DNA of 64,000 bases from Lama glama (lineage: Eukaryota). Both the position numbers and the translations under genes were made by a program. Shown in pieces: positions 14,143 to 27,399 of the stretch (position 1 is the first letter of the stretch; each line of letters starts with the position of its first letter). The DNA lies in contig CM052816.1 in NCBI GenBank assembly GCA_028534125.1, forward strand, positions 9,488,001 through 9,552,000. Reading direction: 5' to 3'. Under the pieces are notes generated by a model that made no database searches, was not told the DNA's origin, and worked only from the letters and a program-made list of their open reading frames with translations.

Positions 14143-15339
14143 GTAGAATAACACTAAGCCATTTCTTCTTTCATCTGAGCATAAAAGTTTTATATTGTCA
14201 GTAGCAGAGGTGAGAAAAGAAATCATACTACTTAGCATACAGTGAGCTAGGAGCCTGGCAAAATATGCAGAGCTGGATCCATTAGCAATTGGTCCCAGGG
14301 AAAAAGGCCAACTAGAGCAAAGGGATGGGGAGCAGGTTGTTATCTGAGTACGGGAAATTCTCCTTATCCTTCTGGTAAATGATTGACCACGATGGGGAGG
14401 CCCTATGTGGTCCACATTTCCCCCTGGGCTGGATTTCTCATAACCACAAAATAATTTCAAGGAAGTGATCAGCCAAACGCTGAAAACATACCATGGGTTT
14501 TATTCCAAAGGAAGACCTATTTTGTGCCTGATGAGTATTTCTATACCCTGAACAATTGTGGACAAAGAGATAGTTGCAGAGAAACCCAGAGACCCTACAG
14601 TGAATTTACACATAAAGAAAAAATATATGGTAAAGAAAAAAAATCTGTCACTGGAACTCTTTGTTCAGTTCGAATTTTGGAAGAATGGGTTTTCTTTAAG
14701 TGAGACTTAACGTCGAAGGTATAATTTACTGGCACTGTCATCTAGTATTTTATTTTCGAGAAGAATGGAAGCCCTGGTAGTTAACATACTGTGCAGCAGT
14801 GAGAATCTTGTCGCATCAGTTCCGGCTTGGCTTTACATCCAGACATGGCCTTGGAGAGCAGTGTCTTTGATCCTGATACCCTTTGTATTCCTTGCAGCTT
14901 TGAACTCCATTATATGCCATACAGACGGAGCCTCTTTAGGCTTTGAAGTTTTTCTCATGCCCAATATGTGTGATCTTTGAGGCCCTGGAAAAGTCTATTA
15001 AGAGCTTGCCACAAGAATTTTCCTCCACGTGTTTGTATTTGAAGAATACCTAGCCTAAATCCCTTATGCACCAACCTCCATCCCCACCCTCCCACCTTCT
15101 ATAGGGTCTTCAAAAACAATCAAAAAGAGTTCTTTTAGAATTGCATAGGAACTCCTTTTAGCGTAATTTCCATCTGCATGAATTTTTCCCTGCCATTTTC
15201 TATAGCCAGAATATTTTTATAAGACATATTAAGCTATCATCGTCAACACTTTAGATACTAAATTTCTAGACAAAAAGTAAAACTTTAGCATGTCTTTTTC
15301 TTTTAAGGAAAATTTTCAATTCCAAATGAGCAGGTTTAA

Positions 15340-15575
15340 CATTTAGTGGGCAAGCACTGGGCTTGCAATCATAATGTGCAGATTTAAATCCCAGGTCTAC
15401 CATTTGATAGTTGTAGGATCCTAAGTCTCCTAACCATGCTGAGCATCAGTCTTTTCTGAAAAAAAGGGCGTCATGTGATTAGATGACATGGTGATTGTGA
15501 AAATGAAGTGAGCCAATGTAAAAAACCTCCTTGGTGTGTTATTTGCCATATAGTAGGAGCTCGATAAATTAGTGT
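15340..15575 (+). mobile_element. MIR SINE
   Basis: agtgggcaagcactgggct...ttaaatcccaggtctacc...tagtaggagctcgataaat. Confidence 0.6.
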
Positions 15576-15671
15576 CAAAATCTCCCCACTTCTAAACAGG
15601 AAGTTCTAAACCGAGGATCAAAAGAAAATAATTTGCAATGGGGAAATGAGGGTTAGGGTAGAGGGCATCTT

Positions 15672-15716
15672 TTACAATGCTCTAGGTAAACTCATTACAA
15701 CGCTCTAGGTAAACTC
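15672..15716. repeat. 23-bp tandem duplication TTACAA(T/C)GCTCTAGGTAAACTC
   Basis: Read directly from the sequence. Confidence 0.9.
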
Positions 15717-15717
15717 G

Positions 15718-15905
15718 TCTTCAAAGAATGGTTCCCAGAACAGCAGCATCAGCATCACCTAGGAACTTGTTAGAAATGCAGATATGGGGGCCTCATTCCA
15801 GATGTCCTGAATTAGAAACTGTGTTGGTGGATCCAGCAATCTGCATCTTAACCAAGCCTTCCAGATAATTGTGATGCTCCCTGGTGATTCTGTAGCACCA
15901 CTGTT
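15718..15905. mobile_element. MER5A-like hAT-Charlie element
   Basis: cagcagcatcagcatcacctaggaacttgttagaaatgcag. Confidence 0.8.
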
Positions 15906-16881
15906 CTGATACTGTTATTATGGAACCATTTTATATGAATTATCTTATTTAGTCTTTCTGTTTTTGTTTTTTTTAATGTTTTTAAGAAAAAAAGAAAACT
16001 GTTTTTAAAAAAGTTAACTGGGATAACTGAAAAGTTACCATTAAGAATCCAAGTAACATAAACCAAATAATTAAGAATACTTTTTCACCTGGAAAGACTT
16101 CTACCTAATTTGAAAATCCAGGTTCCAGGTAAGTGTAACATCTAGAGCATAGACAGAATGTGGAAACAAACAGAGACCACACCAAAGAGAACAAAGGCTA
16201 TTTATTCAGAGCTTGCTGTAGCAAGGGAGTTGGCCATCATCATTTGCATTTAGCAAAGGCTCAAAGTCAGGAGGGAGTGTAGAAAAGCCTGTAGTGAAAA
16301 AAACAGGGCTTTAGCGGTGCTTTAATCAGAGGTTGTTGGCATAGAGAAGCAGGAGGTACACTAGCAGGAAGTGGGGGACATCTAATGTAATTGCTTTGGG
16401 GAGCATATTTGGCTTTCTGTGGTTAGTCTTCAGTTGGAAGCAGGTAGGAGGGGAAAAATATGGATGCTAGGTCATTGGACAAGCCCTGACCTTTCTTGGC
16501 TGGTTGCTGCAGAGATTGTCAGAGTTTTATTGTTATGTAGGATCTGGCTATTGTTTGTCTGTCTCTCAGGAAACCTAGAAAAAAGTACATATATTTAAAG
16601 GAATGATATAACCTTTAAAAAGGTTACAGGTACATTATTTTTCAAGTTTTTTGGTTATTGGGGAAAACAATAAACTTACTCATGGACTCTGCTATTTCTA
16701 TTTTAATTAAAAAGGCATTTAAAAATTAATTTACAGAAGAAATATTGCCAACCCACATATTAGCTGAGTTTAACTCTCCTATATGTATTCCAACTGTCAC
16801 GGATTTTGTTCATGGCAACTAATAAAGGTAATGAAGACAGTACCTGTATGACATAGTTAGTGGTAAAAAAAAAATGTATTC

Positions 16882-17392
16882 TGTCAAAGCAAAAATTCCG
16901 CTGGACTGATTTAACAGGTAGAAGTAACTTTTTTCAAAGCTATTGCAGTAGAGGCGAGAGACCAGGATATAGTCTGAATTCAGTTTCTCTGAAACAGTGG
17001 TCAAGAGAAGCTTTCAGAAATGGAGTGGTGGTAGGGATCCTAGACCATCAGTGTTTGCTAATTGGCCTTACCCTAAGGCAACAGGAGGTAGTTTTACAAC
17101 TTGGAGCAACGTGCCCACAGAAGTTAGGAAACCAGGCTCCTGTCCTCCCACAGAGGATTACATTGCAAAGGGATGGCTACCAGATCCTTAAGGAAGATAA
17201 TCTTAGTTTGAAAAACTGGCAGGGGGCTTTTTAAGAGATTTTCATTCCAAAGGACCAGGTAAAGATTTTACAATGAGACGTTTTCCAAAGTAAAATGCTC
17301 TAATAAAAGGGAGGCCAGAGCCTAGACTCAGGAAGAGGTCTGTCTAAACTTTAGTCTAGCTGAGTGGAAAGTTAAGACCACCTTGGGCAACA
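16882..17392 (-). mobile_element. Probable ERV solo LTR
   Basis: TG...CA ends, about 500 bp, LTR-like composition; no TSD found and family not assigned. Confidence 0.4.
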
Positions 17393-17816
17393 CCCAGTCT
17401 TTTATAATTAAACAGCAGGAAACACCAGTGAGCTTACATGTAAGTTTAATAAAATTCGTACTAGGAAAAAAAATCCAGTTTTAGGCAGGCTCTCTCTTAA
17501 GTCTGAGTGCCTTTGCATTCTTTGTGCTGAGTGCTGATTGGTAAGAAAAAGAACACTGTTTTCTCTCATTTGCATGCAATTATTTCACAAAAGACTGTGC
17601 GGTGGTGGGCAGGATGGGTGAGAGAAGCACTTGTATAGGGAGTATTTTGAACTACTTGGGATCCTTTGTGGATGTGCTGTGTGTATTTTCAAAAAGGATG
17701 TTTCCTATGTGGTGGGCATTCATAATGGGTGGCAGAGGAGGCACATTCTGCAGAGATCATTGGACCAGTGATGGAACTCTGTTGTCAAACATAATTTGTT
17801 TTTGCAGAGTTCAATA

Positions 17817-18152
17817 AGCTTTTGCACAGCAAAGAAAACCATTTTAAAAAAAAACCAGAAAGACAACCTATGGAATGGAAGAAAATCTTTGCAAACGATG
17901 CAATCAATAACGGCTTAATTTCTAAAATATACAAACAGCTCATACAACTCAATAACAACAACAACCAAAACAACCCAATCAAAAAATGGGCAGAAGACTA
18001 AATAGACATTTCTCCAAAGAAGACATACAGATGGTCAATAAGCACATGAAAATATGCTCAGCATTGCTAATTATTAGAGAAACACAAATCAAAACTGCAA
18101 TGAGGTATCACTTCACACTGGTCAGAATAACCATCATTAAAATGTGTACAAT
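17817..18152 (+). mobile_element. L1 ORF2 C-terminal fragment without 3' end
   Basis: agcttttgcacagcaaagaaaacc...aaatgggcagaagac; ORF-track peptide [22 protein letters not shown]. Confidence 0.9.
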
Positions 18153-19147
18153 GAAGAAAAATTGTGTTAATTGAAGTATAAGAGATTGGAGTGCTTTATA
18201 TAGATTAATCTTGCTAAAGTCTATCTAACTGATCTGTGTTGGCATTCTTCCTGCCTGAGTTTTAAAATTTTACTAGGAAGTCTGTAAGTGAAGAAATCAT
18301 TTGTTGTAGTTGGAATTGAACTTAAGAAGATATTTGAATATCCATAAAACCACATATTGAAGTGACCTAAGAACACTTGGTTTAAGGAAATTGGGTCAAG
18401 CTAAAAATAACTTTTTTGTTGGACTTTACTTTTATTTTATCATTTTACAGCCACTTAAAAATCTGAAATACCTTTTAAAACAAAGTAACACAGTCTTAAA
18501 TTACTATTTTAGATAATAAAATCATTCACCTACCTAAAGAAAGAAAAATCTACAAATAACAAATGCTGGAGAGGGTGTGAAGAAAAGGGAACCCTCTTAC
18601 ACCGTTGGTGGGAATGTAAATTGGTGCAGCCACTGTGGGAAACAGTATAGAGGTTCCTTAAAAAACTAAAACTAGAATTACTGTATGACCCAGAAATCCC
18701 ACTGCTGGGCATGTATCTGGAGAAAAGTCTAACTCTAAAAGATACATGCATCCCAGTGTTCATAGCAGCACTGTTTATAATAGTCAAGACATGGAAACAA
18801 CCTAAATATCCATTGATAGATGACTGGATAAAGAAGATGTGATATATATATATATATATAATGGGTCACTACTCAGCCATAAAAAAGAATGAAATAATGC
18901 CATTTGCAGCAATGGATGGACCTAGAGATTATCATACTAAGTGAAGTAAGTCAGACACAGATAAATATCATATGATTCCATTATGTGTGGAATCTCAAAT
19001 ATGATACCAATGAACTTATTTATAAAACAGAAACACTCAGACATAGAAAACAAATTTATGATTACCAAAGGGGAAAGAAGGGTGGGAGGGATAAAGTAGG
19101 AGTTGGGATTAGCAGATACAAACTACTATATATGAAATAGATAAACA

Positions 19148-19887
19148 TCTCCAGAATATATAAGCAGCTCATATGACTTAATAAGAAAAAAACAAACAAC
19201 CCAATCCAAAAATGGGCAGAAGACCTAAACAAGCAATTCTCCAAGGAAGACATACAAATGATCAATAGGCACATGAAAAAAAAATGCTCAATATCACTAA
19301 TTATCAGAGANNNNNNNNNNNNNNNNNNNNNNNNNNNNNNNNNNNNNNNNNNNNNNNNNNNNNNNNNNNNNNNNNNNNNNNNNNNNNNNNNNNNNNNNNN
19401 NNNNNNNNNNTACTGTATAGCACAGGGAAATACATGGTATCTCACAGAGAAAAAAATGTGACAATGAATATATATCTGTTCACATATAACTGAAAAATTG
19501 TGCTCTACACTGGAATTTGACACAACATTGTAAAATGATTATAAATCAATAAAAAATGTTAAAAAGAAAAGAAAAGAAACTATGTCTATCAAAGGAGAAA
19601 GGGTGGAGGAGGGATAAATTAGGAGTTTGGGATTAACAGATACATATGACTATACATAAAAGAGATAAACAACAAGGATCTACTATATAGCACAGGGAAC
19701 TGTATTCAATTTCTTGTAATAACATATAACGGAAAAGAATCTGAAAAAAAGTATGCATTTGTATAACTGAATCGCTTTGCTTTACACCTGAAACTAATAT
19801 TATAAATCAACTACACTTCAATAAAAAACGAAATTAAAAATATATATATACTGGTAAAAAATAAATTAATTAATTAATTAATTAAAA
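19148..19887 (+). mobile_element. Nested younger L1 (spans a 100-N gap) plus extra 3' segment
   Basis: Flanked by the perfect direct repeat aaatagataaaca (19135-19147, 19888-19900); L1 ORF2 and 3' UTR motifs. Confidence 0.85.
19311..19410. other. Assembly gap (100 N)
   Basis: N run. Confidence 1.
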
Positions 19888-20119
19888 AAATAGATAAACA
19901 ACAAGGTTCTACTGTATAGCATAGGGAACTATATTCAGTATCTTGTAATAACGTGTAATGGAAAAGAATATGTTTTATATATATTATATATATTTAAATA
20001 TATATACATTTAAATTACTTTGCTGTATACGAGAAACTAACACAATATTGTAAATTAACTATTCTTCAACAGAAAAATTAATTTAAAAAGAGGAAAAAAA
20101 GAAAAAAAAAGAAAGTGAA

Positions 20120-21490
20120 GAACTACTACAGTTGCCCTACCTCCTTGTTTCTTTTTGTTCCCAGAAATGGCCCTGCAGTATTCCCAGGGAACTATCAAGG
20201 AACACTTTTTTTTCTCTCTTGACATTTTCTTTGCACTTGGCTTCCACAACAACACACTCATCTGGTGTTCCTCCGACAGTCCATAGGGATGTCTCCATTG
20301 CTTTCTTTCTCAGTTTCCTCTGCTGGTTCCTCCTTCTCTACTGTGTATCTCAGCTTCAGAGCTCATCAAGACTCTGGCCCTTTTCTTAGGTGATTGCATC
20401 CTTCCTTGGGCTCTAAATCCCATAGAAATGCTGGAAATCCCACGTGTATATATCCTGCCCAGGCATCCTTTCTGAGCTCCAGACATGAGTATCCAAGTGC
20501 CTAATTGGCATCTTCCCTTGAATGTTTATACGTATCTCAACACTTAACATGTTTTCCCATCTCATTAAATAGTACCATCTTTTACTCAGATAAGCAAATC
20601 AGAATTATAACTTTTATTTCTGCTTCTTTCTATCCACCATGGAATATATTGTTCTTACCTATACCTTTATTCCACCCACGTCTCTCCATCTTCGTCACCA
20701 CCACCCTACTCCAAGCCATTTTTCCCCCTTACTTGGACCCTGGCAAAGGCCTCTGACAAGTTTACTTACTTTCTCTCACATTTACATCCCCAATGTCGCT
20801 TTTCTGCTTGAATCACTTCAGTGTATTCTCATTTATTGTCTAATAAAACATGAATTTCTCAGCAGCACATCCAAAGCCCTCAGAATCTGACCCCTGACTA
20901 CTTTTTTGGAGCTCATCTCTGAGTCTTTATTATTCCTTGCTTGTTCTCCCCAATAGTGAATATGCAAAGTCGTTCCTGTCTCAGGGCCTTTGCATCTGCT
21001 ATTCTCCTGATGCCTCTAACTCATGGATCTTTCACATTTATCAGCTAAGACCAGTGTTCCCTAATTGCCTAAAGTTTCCCTCTAACCCAATTCTCTATCA
21101 CCATCATGCTAGTGCCCTTGCTCCAAGTGTGATTCGTGAACCAGCAGCAAGAGCTTCACTTATGCTCTTCATGAGCCTGTGGGCTCATGAGCAGAGCAGA
21201 ACCCCAGACTCCACCTCAGATCAAAATAACCAGAATCTGCATTTTAACAATATCCCCACTAGATGCGTATGAACATTAAGATTTGAGAGTATGACTTCGA
21301 AATACTGATCATGAACTATGTTTCTTTATTTTTTTAATTGTGTAATTGCTTATTGTCTGTTTCCATCAGTGGTGTGAGACCTCCATGAAGGTGGGGACCT
21401 TGTCCACCTTCTTTACTGTTGTGTCCTAGTACTTAGAGTGGCTCTTGGCATATGGTTGGCAGTAAATACATATTTGATAAATGAGAGATT
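20120..21490 (+). mobile_element. L2 LINE fragments with an embedded MER5-like element (about 21110-21295)
   Basis: cttggcttccacaac...ctgagctccagac...cagggcctttgcatctgct...ctccatgaaggtggggacc; cagaatctgcattttaacaa. Confidence 0.7.
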
Positions 21491-22489
21491 TACTCTAAAC
21501 TTTCTTAGCTGATCGAGGATGAAACTAAGGCTCAGAAAAGGTGATTGACTTTTTTTGATATTACATAGCTGTTGTTAATAAAGCCAGGGCAAAAAAGAGA
21601 GAGAGAGAGAAAACTATTCTTGACTCCTAAGAAAATGCATTGTGTGTGAGACCTTGAAACCAGTTGTTCGGTATGGTGTAGTAAAGCACAACCTCAGCTT
21701 CCTCATTGTCCCTGTAAGGACTTCTGATATTGGTAACAATGATTACTTACTCATATTCACTTTGTCATTTACAAACCATTTTCACATCCACTAACCTATG
21801 TGGAAATTTACCCAGAATTATTGTAATAGGTATTCTTTTATGGAGAACAGAGAAAATGTTCAACAGAGACAGTTTGTGGGGTTTCTTTATTAATTGAAAG
21901 TAAAATTTCATAAGACTAACTGTCAAAGAACGGATTTAGTGAAGGAGACAGCTCTCTGGCCAGGTCAGAACTGCCTGGTAGTGGCTGATCGTATTCTTGG
22001 AGGGTGTCAGAGGTAACCCAGGAATCTAACATGGAGTGAGCAGAAGTGGTTCCTAATTTATTTTAATTATCATGACTGGATTTACATTTACCTCAATGGA
22101 CAGCTCTGCCTGATTAAAAATGCTACTTCTATGGCTGTGTTTTGCTTATCACTCACAATTTAAAGCTTAGCTACGTCTAGCTCCTAATTGGCAAGCCACA
22201 GATGAAGCATAACATTGAACTTGGGGTCCTCTGACCCTGACATTCCCACTTAATTTGAAATATATGTTCTGTGGAGCCAGAGATGTTCAACATAGATTCT
22301 GAATCTGTTCTTTTCTTCTACAAAAGGAAAGGCAGTGCAGGGGAGGTGGTTCTAATGGCGAGGGTGTGGTTCTGAGGATATGTTCAGATCACTGTCCATA
22401 GATAAGAAAGGGGCCTAAAATCAGCCAGTCTCACTAGTCTCCAATACAAGAGCCCTATACAGCATCCTGATATATGGTCATCCATGTAT

Positions 22490-23510
22490 TTTTTTTATTG
22501 TGATAAAATATACATAACATAAACTTTACCATCAATACATAAAATAACCATCTTACATGTACAATTCAGCGACAGTAAGTACATTCATAATGGTGTGCAA
22601 CCGTCACTATTATCCATTTTCAGAATTTTTCATCACCCCAAACAGAAACTCTGCACTCATTAAATAATTCCCCATTCCTTCTCCCCCACCCACCCCAGCC
22701 CTTGGTAACCACTATTCTGATTGTTTCTCTATGAGTTCACCTTCTCTAGGCTCTTCTATATAAGCAGAATTATACAATATTTGTATTTTTCTGTCTGGTT
22801 TATTTCATTTAGCATAATGTTTTCAGGGTTTATCCATGTTGTAGCATAGATCAGAACTTATTTCTTTTTATGACTGAATAAAATTCTGTAGTATGCATAC
22901 ATTACTTTCTTCTTACCCTTTCATCTGATAGTGGACACTTGAGTTGTTTCCACCTTTTGATTATTGTGAATAATGCTGCTATGAACATTGGACTGCACAT
23001 GTCTGTCACATATCTGTCCATGCTTTTGATTCTTTAGGGTGTATACCTAGGACTGCTGGATCATATAGTCATTCTATATTTAGCTTTTTGAGAAACCACC
23101 AAACTGCTTTCTGTAGCAGCTGCACCACTTTACATTTCTGCCAGCAATGTACAAAGGTTCCAATTTCTTCTCCGCATTCTCACCAGTACTTGTTATTTTT
23201 GGGTTTTTTTTTCCTTTTTCTTTTTTTCTTGAGTTATAGTCAGTTTACAATGTTGTGTCAGTTTCTGGTGTACAGCACAATTTTCCAGTCATACATGAAC
23301 ACACATACACTCATCCTTATATTCTTTTTCACTGTGATCTACTACAAGATCTTGAATATATTTCCCTGGGCCATACAGTATAAACTTGTTTATCTATTTT
23401 ATATATACCTGTCAGTATCTGCAAATCTCGAACTCCCAGTTTATCCCTTCCCACCAGTTTTGTTTTGTTTTTATAATAAGTATCCTAATGGGTGTGAAGG
23501 AGTATCTAAC
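22490..23510 (-). mobile_element. L1M-type 3' end, antisense, with a younger L1 3' end inserted at about 23205-23455
   Basis: ttattgtgataaaatatacataacataaa...ggacacttgagttgtttccacc; insert gagttatagtcagtttacaatgttgtgtca... Confidence 0.85.
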
Positions 23511-23633
23511 TGACAGCTAGGTATTCTTAAATATTCCCTGAACCAGGGAACTCAAAACGACACTGGGGACCTATTGTAGATCATCTTTAGTTATTAGAAA
23601 GTTCTCATCCATTACAAATCTTGCCTCCCTCTA

Positions 23634-23812
23634 GCAGTGATTCTCAATCTTGGTTGCACATCAGAATCACTTGGGAACTTTAAAAAATGCCAATATTCAG
23701 ACTGCAACCCAAATTAATTAATTCAGCATCTTTGAGGATGGGCCCTAGCAGCAGCGTTTTCTAAGGCTCTTCAGGTGATTTCAGTATACAGCCAAAGTTG
23801 AGAACCAATGCT
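23634..23812. mobile_element. MER5-like hAT-Charlie element
   Basis: cagtgattctcaatcttggttgcacatcagaatcac...gttgagaacca terminal inverted ends. Confidence 0.8.
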
Positions 23813-26151
23813 TATGGTCTGCTCACTGGCCCCCCTTAGCTACACAACCTGCAGGACATAAAGTATGGTAACCCTATCCCTGAGCCTTCTCTGACAACCT
23901 CCATTCAAAAGCCACTCCTTCAGTCTCCGCTGACAGTCCTGTCTTCCTCTCCTTCCTAGATTTCTTGCCATAGTTCTTATTACTAGCTCACTTTACGTAT
24001 TTTCTTGCTTATCATTCATTGCTCTCTGTTTTGCTTATTTTTGCTTCCCTACAAACACAACATTGCCTAATGCAGGGAGGGTAGGTACTCAGAAAGTATT
24101 GTTGAGTGGATGAATACATAAATCTCTTATTTCAAAGGACAGTTCTTCAGATAGTTAAAAATAGCTTTTATGTCTCATCCTTGGGTCTTCTCTTCTACAT
24201 GTAAAACTTCTCTGTACCTTCAACCTGTCTTCAAAGAAATTGAAGAATAAACCTCACCATTATGAATACAGTGTCTTTCACCCAATTGGCAAGTAATTGT
24301 GCACTTCCTGTATACTACATCTACCTTTACACTATACATACTATAGATTAGACACTGTGCCAGGCACTGGGAATTGTGGTGAAAAATTAACCAAAGTCAA
24401 CCTGTGAGGGTAGGGCACAGACAATAATAATAGGAGTCACTTCAAGCAACGGTAAATGTTGTATAGAAAACAAAGGAGGTTTGTTGGCTGTGGCACATTA
24501 AATGGGGGTTAACTTTCACCTGAGATCTGAATGTGGAGGAGAAGCTTTCCAGAAGAAGGCACAAGTGTAGAGGCCTTGAGAGGGGAATGAATTTCAGACA
24601 GGCTCTCAGTCAGTCTCCAAGGAGGATAAGGAGAAAACCACTATCACCTCCTTTATCAGACACTTTCCCTCGATTAACATGACCTAAAGTCAGAATAGTT
24701 TCAGGTAGCCAGAACACTCTTTTGAAGTCTTTTTCCTCTTTGGGTTAAATGTTACCTGTGCAATATTTGTACTGGACAGTAGTTGGAATTTAGGTGTGGA
24801 AGGGTGATTTAGAGGAACATACCTCAGATTTCTTTTAATTTGAACCCTAGCCAGAAGGACTTCAATCAAGCAATAAAAATACTTGGGAGCATAGTGAAAA
24901 TTTCTGGCTCCTTATTCCAGTTGTCACCTCGTCCTCCATTCCAGGCCTAATGGAAAAAGTTCCGGACAAGGCCAGGGCCAGGACTTGGGCTGCTGACATT
25001 TGAGACCTGCAGCCATCTTGGTTTTCAGTCAAAAGAGCTCAGTAAAAACAGATCTTTCTTAATTCTTGGGACCTGTGTTCCCAGTGGTGGCCTGCAGAAT
25101 CAGCAGCCTCTCCCAGGGCAGATACCAGCCCTCTCTGACAACTCAGTTGCCCCTCTCTGGGCCTTAGTTTCTCCATATTGAAATGTGCATTTGGGTCTAA
25201 GAGTTTTAAGATCCTTTGAAAATTTATCTAAAAAGAACATTTTACTACTCTATTAAAACCCAGAACTTCCTGTAGCTTCTTGATAGCATGCAGATATTAT
25301 GCTTTTGTTGATAAGGAACACCTGTTTCCAAGTTAGTAAAAGAAAATGCTGAGTTGCCACTAGGAGAGCAGGGTTTATAGAATCAGATCAGATACTGAAA
25401 TTGGCAAGAACACAAATTTGAACTGTTTTATTAGGCACCAAAAGAAATGTGGTTCAGGGTAGTGGAAGGAGTCCCTGAGCTTATTGACTGCTTCTCTCTG
25501 GTGGACTTGGCTGAATCTGAGATCAGTTTGTCCAAGCCAGTCATATAAGAGCAACCTTTAAGCCATGACCTGTTCCTGGGACAGCTCACCTGCCCACAGC
25601 AGTTTCTGCATGGGCTGGGATGGGGAACTGAAAACAGGGTGGCCTTTGTATTCATACAGATCCTAGTTCAAGTTACCATCATTCACTCATCCAACACCAT
25701 CTTTCCTTCATCTGATAAATGTGAATGACGCATTGAAATTGAATTTGTCAGTGGATAAAGCAGATAAGTTCCCTGCCTCATGGAGCTTACAACCTAGTTG
25801 AGTAGATGCATCAAATAGGAATCAACCAAATACTTTTCTGAGCACAAGCTGAGGTAAGTGCTCTGAAGGAAAGCCTCGGTTCTCTAATGCAGAATCACTG
25901 TACAATCTCAGGGTAGTTGACTCCCCTCTCTGAGCCTCTTCCTTCTCATCATGTAGGAGTTAACTAGGATAACACATAAAGCGACAGGCACAGACATTGG
26001 CATATGTTCACACAGTAAATGTGTGTTGCAGCTGCTAATGGTGAAGTCACCTTTCTGAAGATGAATTAGGAAAAGATTAATTTTCTTTCCGGTGTCTCAG
26101 AGTTTCCTTCAATTCTCTGTGTTTGTGTGTGTGTGTGTATGTGTCTTCCAG

Positions 26152-26277
26152 TTCCAAGGAGGGTTTTGGGTCTGTGGAGAAGGTTGTGCTGCTCACATTT
26201 CTCTCAGCGGTTATCTTGATGGCTATCCTGGGGAACCTGCTAGTGATGGTGGCTGTGTGCAGGGACAGGCAGCTCAG
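26152..26277 (+). CDS. HTR4: 5-HT4 receptor coding exon (N-terminus end, TM1, ICL1), 126 nt, phase 2 at both ends
   Basis: ttccag|TTCCAAGGAG...CAGCTCAG|gtgagt; translates (S)[41 protein letters not shown](R), matching 5-HT4 TM1; joins the next exon in frame. Confidence 0.97.
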
Positions 26278-26681
26278 GTGAGTCACATGAGGCAACCTCG
26301 TGAGGAATCCTGCATGGAGTTCTGGGCTCTCCCTGGAGAGCTGGGGTCTGAATTAATAATTTCCATTGTAATTTGTAATTATGAAAGGAAAAAAAATTAC
26401 ATGGAAATGATGTTTGGAAAATGGAACAGGGGGAAAAAAATCATGCATAATCCCATAGTTCTGTTCTGACGTAACCAGTATAAACATGTAAGTACATTTC
26501 GATCCTGTCTTTTTTCCAATGTTCAACTTTGTTTTTCTGTAATAGTTGTCATCACTATATATACAGTTGTTGAGAGAACATCTAATCTAACCTCCCCACT
26601 TCGTTGATTCAGAGAGAGAGTAGCTGGCTAGTGGCTGATCTAGGATTTATACCTGGGTCTTTTGCTCTTTCCACTTTATCC

Positions 26682-26976
26682 TTCTCAGCCCTGGCTGTAA
26701 TTAGAACCACTTGAAGACCTTTTAAAATTACTAATATGTGGCATAAGTATGTTCCATGTAATATTTGGGATATACTTATACTAGAAAATTATTCATTGTT
26801 TATCTGAAATTCGAATTTAACTGGGCATCCTGTATTTTATCTGGCAACCTTGGGGGTGGGTAAGTGGGTTAATCACCCAGAGTCTCTGAACTAACTGACC
26901 TGGGGTGAGACTTGGCACCATACTTAGAAAAATTTACTGGATGGTTCTAGTATGCAGCCTAGATTAAGAGCCACCA
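26682..26976. mobile_element. MER5-like element containing a MER53-like fragment (about 26740-26852)
   Basis: ataagtatgttccatgtaatatttgggatatacttatacta...aactgggcatcctgtattttatctggcaacct. Confidence 0.7.
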
Positions 26977-27399
26977 GATAATAAAAGGGGGCAAAAGATG
27001 CAGTCCTACCTCATCTGCTGCCTTCCACACATGCATTAATCAAGACAGTGTAAAAACAAAATTCTGACAAGTGTTGAAAATGTGAGGCACATGATAGTGT
27101 GAGTGGGAAACTGGAATTTGACACCATTTGTGTGTGTATAGGGGGCACCTTGAGGGTTCCTGAGAAGGACCAGACCAGGGCTAAAGAGCCGATGGGGTGT
27201 AGCTAAGCCATCAGTGGGGAGAAAGAGCATCCTGGAAAGACTCTCAAAAGGGGCTTCGTGCACAGGGGGCTCAAGTCAGGCCAATGTGGCCATAAGGGAG
27301 GGAAAGGGAGGGCAAGAAAGGGCTTTCGGTGTAAGGGAGTCTGGAGAAGTCCGAAGTGGCCGGACCACGCATGTGATGTAAGGGGAAACAATCTCACAG

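Larger units (their letters stand above)
18544..20107 (+). mobile_element. 5'-truncated L1 (ORF2 end, 3' UTR, A tail), interrupted by a nested insertion at 19148-19887
   Basis: aaatgctggagagggtgtga...gacccagaaatcccact...A-rich tail; possible TSD aaagaaag at 18536-43 and 20108-15. Confidence 0.9.

Noticed and set aside
1..26151. First coding exon (MDKLDANVS) or promoter/CpG island
   Set aside because: Not seen; the region is CpG-poor and repeat-rich, consistent with a long intron
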